Below are positions 35,037-44,018 of a stretch of DNA of 51,415 bases, piece after piece. Both the position numbers and the translations under genes were made by a program. The stretch lies in the IMG/VR virus record IMGVR_UViG_3300015241_000018, positions 1 through 51,415 of that record; one strand, 5' to 3'. The notes below the pieces were generated by a model. That model saw only the letters and a list, made by a program, of their open reading frames with translations. It was not told the origin of the DNA and searched no databases. The DNA comes from a virus. Its lineage: Duplodnaviria; Caudoviricetes. The stretch's first letter is position 1. Each line of letters opens with the position of its first letter.

Positions 35037-36156
35037 CCCATCCTCTTGATTTGAAATAACTTACTGGGCTAGTAAAGCCTATACCACGTCTACCAAAGTT
35101 AGGCAGTTGATTAAAGTAAGTAGGTCTGTTCACTATTGCTTTAGTTTTTTGAACTGAACTCCATCCTCGCTTAATCTCCATCTCAGCCTTAGGATGTGGA
35201 GATTGCTTAAGCTCAAAGAAGGCCATAGCCTTAGCTTCATTGAAAAGCAAAGTAAATTGTTCATCATCCATATCAGGTATAAAAGAATCTACCATATTAA
35301 ACACTGGTATAATCTTACCCCATGCCATGGTCTTTTCCATCTGCAAGGTTGAGTCTTGAGTAGAATCATAACCATCGAAGATGACGTTGAAGTCACTTAG
35401 AATGCAACAGTATTGTGGCTGTTTATTGTTCTTATAATAGAACTTATAAGTACCTGGAATACCGTTTACATTATCTGTGAAGATAAAGCTGAATACATTA
35501 ATATCTGAAGGATTAAAAGTATTAACCATATCTATGAATTGCTTAACAGGAAGTATAGTTACGTAAGCATAACCTGGCACAGCAAACTGATTAGATAGAG
35601 CTGAGATAATCCAAGAAGTAAAAGTACCTGAACCAATTCTAGACGTTACATTGATAGATAAACTAGTTCCCGTATAAGCAGTTACAGAACCGGTGACTGA
35701 ATTACTTCCGGAAGTAGCTGTAGCTATTTGACTTACTTTAATAGGCAGAGTAGCTGAACCAACTGTAAACGTTAGGACACCTAAACCAATTGTATTAGAT
35801 GTAGTAGAGGTAGTCGACCAGAGTACAGTAGGAACGATGTTAGTGTTAACACCGTGAGTAACTGTGTTGCCTATTAACTGACTGTTAATATTAGTATTGA
35901 AATATTTAAGCCATTTAATCTCGGCTACATTATCCGGAACAAACATCTGTACAGGAGAGGTAGAATCTAAAGAAGGAAGCAGTTGTATAAGCTGCTCATG
36001 CTCGGGAAGATCAACTCTGTTAACTATATCAAAGTATTTATTCTTGATTATAGTCGCTACCTGCATAGACTCAACGGTATCCGAGATACTGTTAACTTCA
36101 TCAGAGCTAAGAGAACTCATAATATCTTGAGTCATTTGTAGTAAGGTCATGTGCAT
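35020..36156 (-). CDS. Head-tail adaptor (tail tubular protein A) with inserted beta-domain
   Basis: MTLLQMTQDIMSSLSSDEVNSISDTVES...FIPD...EAKAMAFFELKQ adaptor pattern. Confidence 0.8.
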   Translation of the reverse strand: MHMTLLQMTQDIMSSLSSDEVNSISDTVESMQVATIIKNKYFDIVNRVDLPEHEQLIQLLPSLDSTSPVQMFVPDNVAEIKWLKYFNTNINSQLIGNTVTHGVNTNIVPTVLWSTTSTTSNTIGLGVLTFTVGSATLPIKVSQIATATSGSNSVTGSVTAYTGTSLSINVTSRIGSGTFTSWIISALSNQFAVPGYAYVTILPVKQFIDMVNTFNPSDINVFSFIFTDNVNGIPGTYKFYYKNNKQPQYCCILSDFNVIFDGYDSTQDSTLQMEKTMAWGKIIPVFNMVDSFIPDMDDEQFTLLFNEAKAMAFFELKQSPHPKAEMEIKRGWSSVQKTKAIVNRPTYFNQLPNFGRRGIGFTSPVSYFKSRGWDASNG

Positions 36157-36524
36157 TATTTACGTCTCCAGACATTGAGAGCAAGGTTGCCTAATAGGAA
36201 AGCAAAGGCTGCTCCTGGAAGATAGGCTAGAGAGGGTGGGTAAGGAGGTACTTCAAAATATAACCAATTCCAATGGCGAACCACGATAGTATCCCAACCA
36301 ACAATACCAGCCCAAGCCACCGGGGGTAAAAGTAAAGCATCTCTAATTAACCTTATACCGATATCATCTCGAGTAGCATCAATAATAGAAGTAGAAGCCT
36401 TCATAGCTTCTACATCTACTTTACCATCGATTGTATACTTACCAAGTTCTGTATCTTGCCACTTCGAAAAGATGGAAGTTATACCTTGGATAATGGGCCC
36501 GATTAAGGGAATCCAACTAAGCAT
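36156..36524 (-). CDS. Putative holin
   Basis: Start MLSWIPLIG at 36524; several hydrophobic helices; in lysis cluster. Confidence 0.6.
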   Translation of the reverse strand: MLSWIPLIGPIIQGITSIFSKWQDTELGKYTIDGKVDVEAMKASTSIIDATRDDIGIRLIRDALLLPPVAWAGIVGWDTIVVRHWNWLYFEVPPYPPSLAYLPGAAFAFLLGNLALNVWRRK

Positions 36525-36810
36525 TATTATCCCGTCCATGGGCTACCCAAGTTACAATACCCAGAGCAGCTAAACCAATTGTGAAGGATTTAGGTAAGTC
36601 CATCTCACCTAAGTAACCCTTAATAGTAGGGTCACTTACGTAAGAATGCATTTCACCTAGTGTAAGGAGAGTGGCTCCTGAGAGGGCTTGTGTCCATCCT
36701 AGGAACTTAGTCCAGCTCTTATACCAGACAGCCTTAAGCGGCTGTAGGAGTAGATCCAGTGAGCTTGTCTTTGAGGGTTTTAATTTCGTTTTGCGCATTT
36801 GAAAGATCAA
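36517..36810 (-). CDS. Membrane protein in lysis cluster (start uncertain)
   Basis: Two hydrophobic segments in the C-terminal part; 5' part overlaps upstream gene. Confidence 0.55.
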   Translation of the reverse strand: MIFQMRKTKLKPSKTSSLDLLLQPLKAVWYKSWTKFLGWTQALSGATLLTLGEMHSYVSDPTIKGYLGEMDLPKSFTIGLAALGIVTWVAHGRDNNA

Positions 36811-37006
36811 TCTTTACTCCGGCCATACCTCGGCCCTTGACGTACCATCCGAGGCCAGCACCAACCATGGCACTAACAGCAGAGGCGATTACAGAATATA
36901 ACATGGGGACTCCATTTTGAATGTATTGGATTGCAGGTTTAAGGGGCTCAACAACCTGAGCTGCATGCTTTGCATGCGGGACTACTTCCATGAGTAGATC
37001 GGTCAT
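36734..37006 (-). CDS. Membrane protein in lysis cluster
   Basis: TM helix then coiled-coil-like segment; TAATG coupling to endolysin. Confidence 0.65.
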   Translation of the reverse strand: MTDLLMEVVPHAKHAAQVVEPLKPAIQYIQNGVPMLYSVIASAVSAMVGAGLGWYVKGRGMAGVKIDLSNAQNEIKTLKDKLTGSTPTAA

Positions 37007-37629
37007 TATTTACCTTTATTTGCGTACAGATGAATGAGTGTTCCAACTACCAGGGCAAGTACGCCGGCACCGATGAGAACTGCATTTTGATGTGCGTGAA
37101 TGTATTGTGAGAAGGTAACACCTGTACCAGCGATTACTGTACCAGCAACTGGACCAGCTACGTTATTCCTCGTGGCTAGAACTTTACTATAAGCTCTTAC
37201 GCCGTCCACTCTCTTTGCCCAACCCTTACCAAACGTAGACCATGTCGACAGTGACTTTAAGAAGGCCATACGTTCGTCATTAATAGCGTCTATTAGTTCA
37301 GTACCTGACTTCGATTTAAACCGCTGTAGAGCCTTCCTAGGGCGTCCTAGCCCACTATTGACGCCGTAATCGAAACAAGTATAATCAACACCAGAGGGAA
37401 GATCACTACAACCCAAAGCATCCCAGTACTTGGCTCGGTAAATCGATTTGGCATCTTCCACCTTCATTTTCCTGACATCATTAGCCGTACCTTGTTTATT
37501 GATATACTTTTGATAGTCGGTAAGAGTGATTCCAAAGTTAGTAGGACCACCGGGATCAAGAGGATGATTGCTATATCCACCTTCGTCCTTGAGAAGTCTG
37601 TCCAAACAGTCATTAAAATTTGATTTCAT
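37006..37629 (-). CDS. Endolysin, glycoside hydrolase family 108, with C-terminal TM helix
   Basis: EGGYSNHPLDPGGPTNFGIT, FDYGVNSG and FGKGWAKRV motifs. Confidence 0.92.
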   Translation of the reverse strand: MKSNFNDCLDRLLKDEGGYSNHPLDPGGPTNFGITLTDYQKYINKQGTANDVRKMKVEDAKSIYRAKYWDALGCSDLPSGVDYTCFDYGVNSGLGRPRKALQRFKSKSGTELIDAINDERMAFLKSLSTWSTFGKGWAKRVDGVRAYSKVLATRNNVAGPVAGTVIAGTGVTFSQYIHAHQNAVLIGAGVLALVVGTLIHLYANKGK

Positions 37630-37636
37630 AATTTAC

Positions 37637-38956
37637 CTATTGGTTACAATATTCTGTAATAATTACCACTCCAGCAGATCCTGCTCCACCAGTTCCAGTG
37701 GTAGCACTATTATTACTTAATGATCCAGCTCCTCCTGATCCATAAGCAGCAGCAGCTCCACCATTAGTCGATCCAGTACCACCGAAAGATCCTAGTCCTC
37801 CTCCTCCGAAAACAGAAGAACCACCATTACCTCCAGCTAATTGAATAGTTAGAGCCGTTGCAAATAAACCACAATTACCCGGCATTCCAGCTGAAGCTAT
37901 ATCACCAGCTCCTGCTGTTGCTCCTGCCCCACCACTAGGCGCTGCTCCAGAGTTTGCAACTGCACCTCCAGAACCTCCGTTAGCAATGCAAAGAACGCCT
38001 ACACTAGTAGCTGAACCATTACCACCTGAAAGACCAATACCACCTGCGCCTGCAGTTCCTATTGTGACTGCTTTAGATGCTCCGATAGTTGCAGTCGTAG
38101 CTAATGTTCTAGAATAGCCTCCCGAACCTCCGCCTCCTCCTGTAAAGAAGTCCGCGACTGTACCTACGGTTCCTCCTCCACCTGCCCCACCACCAACACA
38201 TTCAATGTTAGCAAAAAGCATTCCTGGGGAAGGAGTATAAGTACCACTTGCAGTAAATACTTGTTTCTTAACAGTTACAACTGCTCCTGTTGAACTATTA
38301 GTTCCTCCATTTGCAATTGGAAGTATTCCAGTTACACCAGTCGTTAAGGGTAAACCTGTTGCCCCCGTTAAAGTACCGGATGCAACTGTACCAAGAATAG
38401 GTGAAACTAAAGTAGGAGATGTACTGAGAACTACATTGTTTGTTCCTGTAACTGCAGTAAGCTGTGTGCCATTCACCTTTAAAACATTACCTGCACCAGC
38501 AGTATCGAATGTCTTATTAATTAATGTATCTGTAGAAATTCTAGACACTAAAGAACTAGCAGCTGCGGGAACTGCAAGATCAGCTCCATTATTAATAACA
38601 GGAGTAATTACTTTAGGAGTGGTTACACTCGTGGCAAAGTTAGGATTAGCAATGGTTGAGATTATTAGACCACCAACATTTATATTAGTGCCGCTGGTAT
38701 ATACCCCTAAACCACCGTTGATATTAATTTGATCTTGGAGTCTTAAAGGAGAATTAGCCGTGCCTGGAGCAGGTAGATTTACAATCTGGTTACCATTCAT
38801 ATCCAAATTAGAACCCATCTGATCAGGAGTTGTTCCATCTCTAGATAAGGTATTATCAAATGCTGTTTGCAGAGTAGCATTATTAGCATTAATAGTAGCC
38901 TGAGCTGTGGTAAAATTAGTTAAGTCAGCTACGTTGTTTAAAGTTATTTTACTCAT
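37637..38956 (-). CDS. Tail fibre with C-terminal glycine-rich domain
   Basis: Start re-placed at 38956 (ATGA overlap); VFTASGTYTP...VGGGAGGG...GSAGVVIITEY. Confidence 0.8.
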   Translation of the reverse strand: MSKITLNNVADLTNFTTAQATINANNATLQTAFDNTLSRDGTTPDQMGSNLDMNGNQIVNLPAPGTANSPLRLQDQININGGLGVYTSGTNINVGGLIISTIANPNFATSVTTPKVITPVINNGADLAVPAAASSLVSRISTDTLINKTFDTAGAGNVLKVNGTQLTAVTGTNNVVLSTSPTLVSPILGTVASGTLTGATGLPLTTGVTGILPIANGGTNSSTGAVVTVKKQVFTASGTYTPSPGMLFANIECVGGGAGGGGTVGTVADFFTGGGGGSGGYSRTLATTATIGASKAVTIGTAGAGGIGLSGGNGSATSVGVLCIANGGSGGAVANSGAAPSGGAGATAGAGDIASAGMPGNCGLFATALTIQLAGGNGGSSVFGGGGLGSFGGTGSTNGGAAAAYGSGGAGSLSNNSATTGTGGAGSAGVVIITEYCNQ

Positions 38957-40785
38957 GGATTTATTGGTCTCCATGTCCAAGTAGGTGCCACACTATATGT
39001 AATAGCGATTTGATCCCCCGGACTTAGTACTGCGGATATGCCGCTTCCAGTACCTGTTGCAATTTGTTGGGATGCTCCAATAGTAGCTGTAATAACATTA
39101 ATTGAAGTTACAGTACCTCCTATGATATAGGCCTCCACCGTTACATAACTAGTATTAGTTACAAAGGCAGTCGAAGCAGGAACTGATGGAGCATTGATAT
39201 TAGGAATCTGCGCAAGACCTCCATAAAGATTATTAGCTACTCTTATAAGGGTCGTAGTAGTTCCTACAAAAACTGCAGATGCTAATGAAGGTGCATTACT
39301 AGAAAATATATTACCTACAACACTTACTTGAGTTGCACCGTTTATGGAAACTGCTGGTACTGTCGTATTATTAAAATCATATAAGAAGGTGTTTCCCGTT
39401 ATAGAAACACCACCAATCCACGAAGGTATAGTAATACCTGCGGTCATGGAGACTCCTATATTAGTGAAGAATTCATTGCCTGTAATACACCAACCACTAG
39501 CAGAGCCTTGTGAAGAAGCATTAGGTGTAAATAGAATTCCTATAACAGTTCCCTCAATAGAATTGTTTGAAATAAGTCCGGGAGTCATTGTAAACGGAAC
39601 TCCTAGGTTTTGAGGAGAAATCTGGATGCCATTCTGAAAGATTCCTGAAGCACCTCCATTGATCTTATTATTACAAATCTTAAAACCGCTGCCAGATAAA
39701 AGCAGTATTGCAGTAGTTCCTTGAGTACCAAACATAGTACAATTCATAATTACAGGATCTCCAGCAACTGCCGATGTAGTTGATCCTGAATAGTTTATGG
39801 TACTGTTATTCTTACAAGTAATACATGCTGCATTATAAGCGAAGAAGATATTATCAAAAGTAAAACTTACCATATCAAAAGCTTGAATACCTAATCCAGC
39901 ATTATTGATATAAACATCTCTAACAATAGACCCTGTACTTGTTCCTATTCCAGATATAGAACCTAAGAAAGCTATTGCTATTCCGGTATTACCAATGGGT
40001 GAAACTGGATACGTAAGATGAAGTTTTTCAATACTTATTGGATCTTGGGTAGCACAGTTGAATATATTAACATTAGCAGGAGCTACTATGACACTACCTT
40101 TAAAACCAGTGCTTCTTAAATCATAAGCATTGGCTGCATAAAGACTAGGAGCTTGAAATCCACATCCCATTATTACACAATGGGCAGTTACGTTTAACTG
40201 AGCAGTTATTTTGTAAGTGCCTGCTGGAAAGAAACAAGTTCCTCCTATGGCGCATGCTGCGGTAAGAGCAGCTTGAATAGCCACAGTATCATCTGCTATA
40301 CCATTACCTACTGCACCAAAATCAGTAACAGTATAATATTGATCTAACAGCTTAGAATTGATAGTTCGAGCAACGGCTCCTACACCTGTTTGTGTAAACG
40401 GAATAACAGGAAGACCTGTGAAAGTAGGGGAAACAGACTCTACTACACTGCCAGATCCAGTAACAGCAATACCACCGAAGGTACCGCCATTATTAAATTG
40501 TATCTGTCCTGAAGTTCCTCCAGGAGTATTGTTGACAGTAATAGGTACGCCAGCAGCAACATCCTGAAGACGTGCTGCAGAGTTTATTGTAGACGGTGCT
40601 GGTAGGTTGAGAATTTGATTACCATTCATGTCTAGGTTGGAACTCATCGGGTTAGGAGCAGTTCCATCCCTAGACAGAGTATTATCCATTGCAGCTGTTA
40701 TTACTGCATTGTTAGCATTGATAGCGTTAACCGCCGTAGTTTCATTTTGGAGATTAACAAGATTGGTTAACGTTATTTTAGACAT
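38953..40785 (-). CDS. Tailspike with pectate-lyase-like beta-helix (depolymerase)
   Basis: VTDFGAVGNGIADDTVAIQAAL...FFPAGTY plus repeated ITGN beta-helix rungs. Confidence 0.87.
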   Translation of the reverse strand: MSKITLTNLVNLQNETTAVNAINANNAVITAAMDNTLSRDGTAPNPMSSNLDMNGNQILNLPAPSTINSAARLQDVAAGVPITVNNTPGGTSGQIQFNNGGTFGGIAVTGSGSVVESVSPTFTGLPVIPFTQTGVGAVARTINSKLLDQYYTVTDFGAVGNGIADDTVAIQAALTAACAIGGTCFFPAGTYKITAQLNVTAHCVIMGCGFQAPSLYAANAYDLRSTGFKGSVIVAPANVNIFNCATQDPISIEKLHLTYPVSPIGNTGIAIAFLGSISGIGTSTGSIVRDVYINNAGLGIQAFDMVSFTFDNIFFAYNAACITCKNNSTINYSGSTTSAVAGDPVIMNCTMFGTQGTTAILLLSGSGFKICNNKINGGASGIFQNGIQISPQNLGVPFTMTPGLISNNSIEGTVIGILFTPNASSQGSASGWCITGNEFFTNIGVSMTAGITIPSWIGGVSITGNTFLYDFNNTTVPAVSINGATQVSVVGNIFSSNAPSLASAVFVGTTTTLIRVANNLYGGLAQIPNINAPSVPASTAFVTNTSYVTVEAYIIGGTVTSINVITATIGASQQIATGTGSGISAVLSPGDQIAITYSVAPTWTWRPINP

Positions 40786-41258
40786 TACATATAGACCACG
40801 TAAGCTTCAGAACCAGGGGTTACATTCGTCAAACGAACGAATATAGTCTTAGCTCCTGCAATTGCAATAACCTTTGCACCAGCAGTTACGTTAGTATCAA
40901 ATGTGCCTCCAGTTCCTGTACCAATGGTAGAAGTACCAGTGTTAGCAGAGAACTCAAATGCAACCATGTCACCAACGTTAGCACCAGCTGAAGCAGTATT
41001 GACGCCTGCTACTATATTAGCAGCGGTATCAAGAGTGACTGTTGCACCTGCACTATTATTAACAACAATGCCCGTAAGCATATTTGCAATAGTTATAGTA
41101 AACGAGGTGGAAGTATTACTCAGAGGAGCGTTTCCGTTACCCCAGAGTTGTTTGAAGCCTGCACCACCTGTAGCCGCAGCCGTCATAATATTACGACAGA
41201 TAATGTCGTTACCGGATAGATCAACTACCCGTTCTTTAGCAATATAAGGTACCGCCAT
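40785..41258 (-). CDS. Virion structural protein (157 aa)
   Basis: AAGGA RBS; beta-rich Thr/Gly/Ala composition; position. Confidence 0.7.
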   Translation of the reverse strand: MAVPYIAKERVVDLSGNDIICRNIMTAAATGGAGFKQLWGNGNAPLSNTSTSFTITIANMLTGIVVNNSAGATVTLDTAANIVAGVNTASAGANVGDMVAFEFSANTGTSTIGTGTGGTFDTNVTAGAKVIAIAGAKTIFVRLTNVTPGSEAYVVYM

Positions 41259-41281
41259 TTATTTATCCTTTTAAGTAAGAA

Positions 41282-41301
41282 TAGGGGAGCGTCCTCCCCT
41301 A
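41282..41301 (-). terminator. Terminator after capsid genes
   Basis: TAGGGGAG-GACG-CTCCCCTA followed by TTCTTACTT on the - strand. Confidence 0.65.
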
Positions 41302-41306
41302 AACTA

Positions 41307-42023
41307 TTACTGACTGATGTTACCGTACAGGGTATAACGAAGCCGAAGCTTAATCAGACCATTAGTAAATGCACCGGTTGCAATCGTAGAGATGTACGCC
41401 TTCTGAGGAAGGGGTACAATCGCATTCGTTACAAGAGGAACGGTACCAAGCCACGTAGACGCACTGCCTGCTACTGCAGTACCAGAAGCATCCCATGCCA
41501 GACCGGTAGTAGCACCGGGAATGGTATAAGTAGTCTTCTGACCTGAAGTAGTCATACGAGCAATTGGGAACGCGTTAAGAAGCTGCGTGCCCGCGTTCGG
41601 CGTAAGCTGAACGTACTGTTGTGGACTGTTAGGATTTATACCTGCAAGACCAACTGAGATGCTGGTGCCGCCAGTAGCGCCAATTATCGTATCAACTTCT
41701 ACAGACTCAAAGAAGAGCTGCGAAGTTGTAAACGTAATAACACCACCAGAGACAGTAGTCACCGGAGTAATCTGTAAGGGTACAATATCAGTTAAAGACT
41801 GAATACCAGCTGCGATCGGGGTCGTAGTTCCAACGAACGATGTCGGTGGAGCGGGAACCTGAATACCACCGACACCATTAGCCATGGGGACGAGTGGAAT
41901 AAGCTGTTCAATCTCACGAGTTTCGCCGTAGACGAGATAATCGCCTCCGACTTCTGCGATAGCCTTCTGCGTTCCGAATTGGAGCGGAAGACCATCTTGG
42001 TTAAGCCAAAAACCTGCTACCAT
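41307..42023 (-). CDS. Capsid decoration or minor head protein
   Basis: Directly after capsid gene, AAGGAG RBS, WLNQDGL N-terminal motif. Confidence 0.7.
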   Translation of the reverse strand: MVAGFWLNQDGLPLQFGTQKAIAEVGGDYLVYGETREIEQLIPLVPMANGVGGIQVPAPPTSFVGTTTPIAAGIQSLTDIVPLQITPVTTVSGGVITFTTSQLFFESVEVDTIIGATGGTSISVGLAGINPNSPQQYVQLTPNAGTQLLNAFPIARMTTSGQKTTYTIPGATTGLAWDASGTAVAGSASTWLGTVPLVTNAIVPLPQKAYISTIATGAFTNGLIKLRLRYTLYGNISQ

Positions 42024-42034
42024 ATCATTTCTCC

Positions 42035-42994
42035 TTAGCTAGGCACAGCGGATGTGCTGGTAATGATAGTGACCATGTTTTCAGGGCGATAAAGCTTGAA
42101 ACCATATTCAGCGATTGTGAGGTATTCTTCTTGCTGAAGATCCTTATTGAACTCACTGTAAACAGTGGGCATCTGTCGGAATCCACCGATCCAAGGAACA
42201 GTGTCCCCGGGAGCTGCAGAGAAGAAATAGTTACATACGCCACCAGTTACCGTGATGCTATTGATCGTTTCCGATGCAATGGGCGGCAGGTAATTAGAAA
42301 CGTAGATATCAAAACCAAACACGTTGAAGCGGAACTTGAAACCAGTCATAAGACCGTCACGAGTCACGTCAGTCCACATCTGGACGGGCGAGAGCAAGTT
42401 AACGAGGTTAGCCTGAGTTGCAAGAGTATACGCGACGGATGGATCAACCACAGCGCACAGATTGGTCAGAGGAATATTAGCCTTAGTGAGGGCGTAATGT
42501 GCTCTAGCGAAATCGGAAAGCGTGATTGATTGTGTAACACCAGTAGCCACCCAACGATGGTCGGCGAGGTTGATGATGTTAGGGTTGCCTGCAATTTGTC
42601 CGGCATTCGCAACAGCGAATATCCGAGATTCAACGGCTTCCATCAGGGCGCGATGTTCGCGAGGTACAAACCTGGCAATAACATCGGAGCTGTAAAAGCT
42701 ATCGCGCTTAAACTTTTCGCTGATCGAGTGGGCAGAGTACTTGTACTGGTCGAAGGAGAAGGTAAAGTTACCTGTATCCATCGAGTTGTACTTGACTGCT
42801 TGATTTTCCATGAAATCTGCAGTTTCTGCTTCACCAATCGACGGAATATTAATCGTATAGCCATCGGGGAAGTCTTGAATAATTTTGACAAACTTCATAG
42901 CGTTCAGTTCATCCAGAAGAAGTTCCTTGATCTGTGTAGACCAAAGTTGACTCCTAATGAGATACTGATTATTGCTGTCTGTAAAACCAGCCAT
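42035..42994 (-). CDS. Major capsid protein
   Basis: 319 aa; LIRSQLWS, INIPSIG and YGFKLYRPEN; strong RBS; follows scaffold. Confidence 0.9.
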   Translation of the reverse strand: MAGFTDSNNQYLIRSQLWSTQIKELLLDELNAMKFVKIIQDFPDGYTINIPSIGEAETADFMENQAVKYNSMDTGNFTFSFDQYKYSAHSISEKFKRDSFYSSDVIARFVPREHRALMEAVESRIFAVANAGQIAGNPNIINLADHRWVATGVTQSITLSDFARAHYALTKANIPLTNLCAVVDPSVAYTLATQANLVNLLSPVQMWTDVTRDGLMTGFKFRFNVFGFDIYVSNYLPPIASETINSITVTGGVCNYFFSAAPGDTVPWIGGFRQMPTVYSEFNKDLQQEEYLTIAEYGFKLYRPENMVTIITSTSAVPS

Positions 42995-43019
42995 AATGAA
43001 GTCTCCTTAAATTATTAAA

Positions 43020-43760
43020 TTAATTCTTAGGCAATCCGAACTCTTCACCGAGGTCAAGAGCATCGTTATGCATCTGAATTGCGAGTTTGGGGTCTAGATA
43101 GCCCCTGGGATCTTTCTTAAGCAGTTCCTGATAATAGTTGTAGTCTCGCTTCGGTTTTACCGGTGCAAAGCGGTCAGGCCTTACAGTAGAGCGGGGTGGT
43201 GCAAAACTATCAGTTTGACGATTTGGCTCGTCCAATCCGAATGTCTTTAGGAAGACAGTAGGATGATTCTTAGCTAGTTCGTCGGTAAATGCTTGGTCGA
43301 GTCCAAGTGTATCCATACGTTGTTTAAGGTTAGCTGAGGCATTATCGCCAAACAGTTCCTTTAACTTAGCCTTAACGAAATTGAAGTTCTCAGTCTGCTT
43401 AGTAGAACGATCCCGTTCAGTAAGTTTCTTTTCGAGAAGTGTTTCAATGTCTTCGGCTTTTAGGGAGGGCTGGTTTACAGGTTCTTTAAGGTGTTCTAGA
43501 TCCGTATCCGTGTTAGCAAGATTCTTCTTGTGTTGGTCTATAAGTTCTTGTAACGAAGCCTTCGTAGTGGCCTCTTCGCGTAGTTTGATGTAGTCATCTC
43601 TGACTGCGTCCATCCTAGCGTTCTGAGTCTTAATGTAGAGGTCTCCCTCTACCTTTGCTGCGAGAATTTCTTCCTTGGTTTTGTCTTTCCATTTATTGAA
43701 GAGTTCATCTCGGTCTTTGTTGGATTGGTTACCAGTGTCGTCTAATAGGCTGTCAGCCAT
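43020..43760 (-). CDS. Capsid scaffolding protein
   Basis: Charged, coiled-coil-like protein between portal and capsid. Confidence 0.8.
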   Translation of the reverse strand: MADSLLDDTGNQSNKDRDELFNKWKDKTKEEILAAKVEGDLYIKTQNARMDAVRDDYIKLREEATTKASLQELIDQHKKNLANTDTDLEHLKEPVNQPSLKAEDIETLLEKKLTERDRSTKQTENFNFVKAKLKELFGDNASANLKQRMDTLGLDQAFTDELAKNHPTVFLKTFGLDEPNRQTDSFAPPRSTVRPDRFAPVKPKRDYNYYQELLKKDPRGYLDPKLAIQMHNDALDLGEEFGLPKN

Positions 43761-43763
43761 TGA

Positions 43764-44018
43764 TTATTCCTTGTCTAGGTTAAGTAATCGTTTAATAGTT
43801 CTCAATGTGGATTTCTGTCCATTCACATGAGCCTGTTTGAAGTCCCAGTTGGGAGTATCATAATTCTTAGCGCTGATTTCAGCACTGTTCAAATCGTTCT
43901 CAGCTTCAGTCAGAATATCTGAAAGACGATCTAATATGTATTTAGAGGAGCGTAGACCCTTTTCGAAGTTGTCCTTCTCCTGTTGAGTAGATAAATTTCT
44001 GGTCCATGCAGTAATCAT
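43764..44018 (-). CDS. Small protein after portal (84 aa)
   Basis: ATGA coupling to portal; YDTPNWDFKQAHVNG motif. Confidence 0.75.
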   Translation of the reverse strand: MITAWTRNLSTQQEKDNFEKGLRSSKYILDRLSDILTEAENDLNSAEISAKNYDTPNWDFKQAHVNGQKSTLRTIKRLLNLDKE

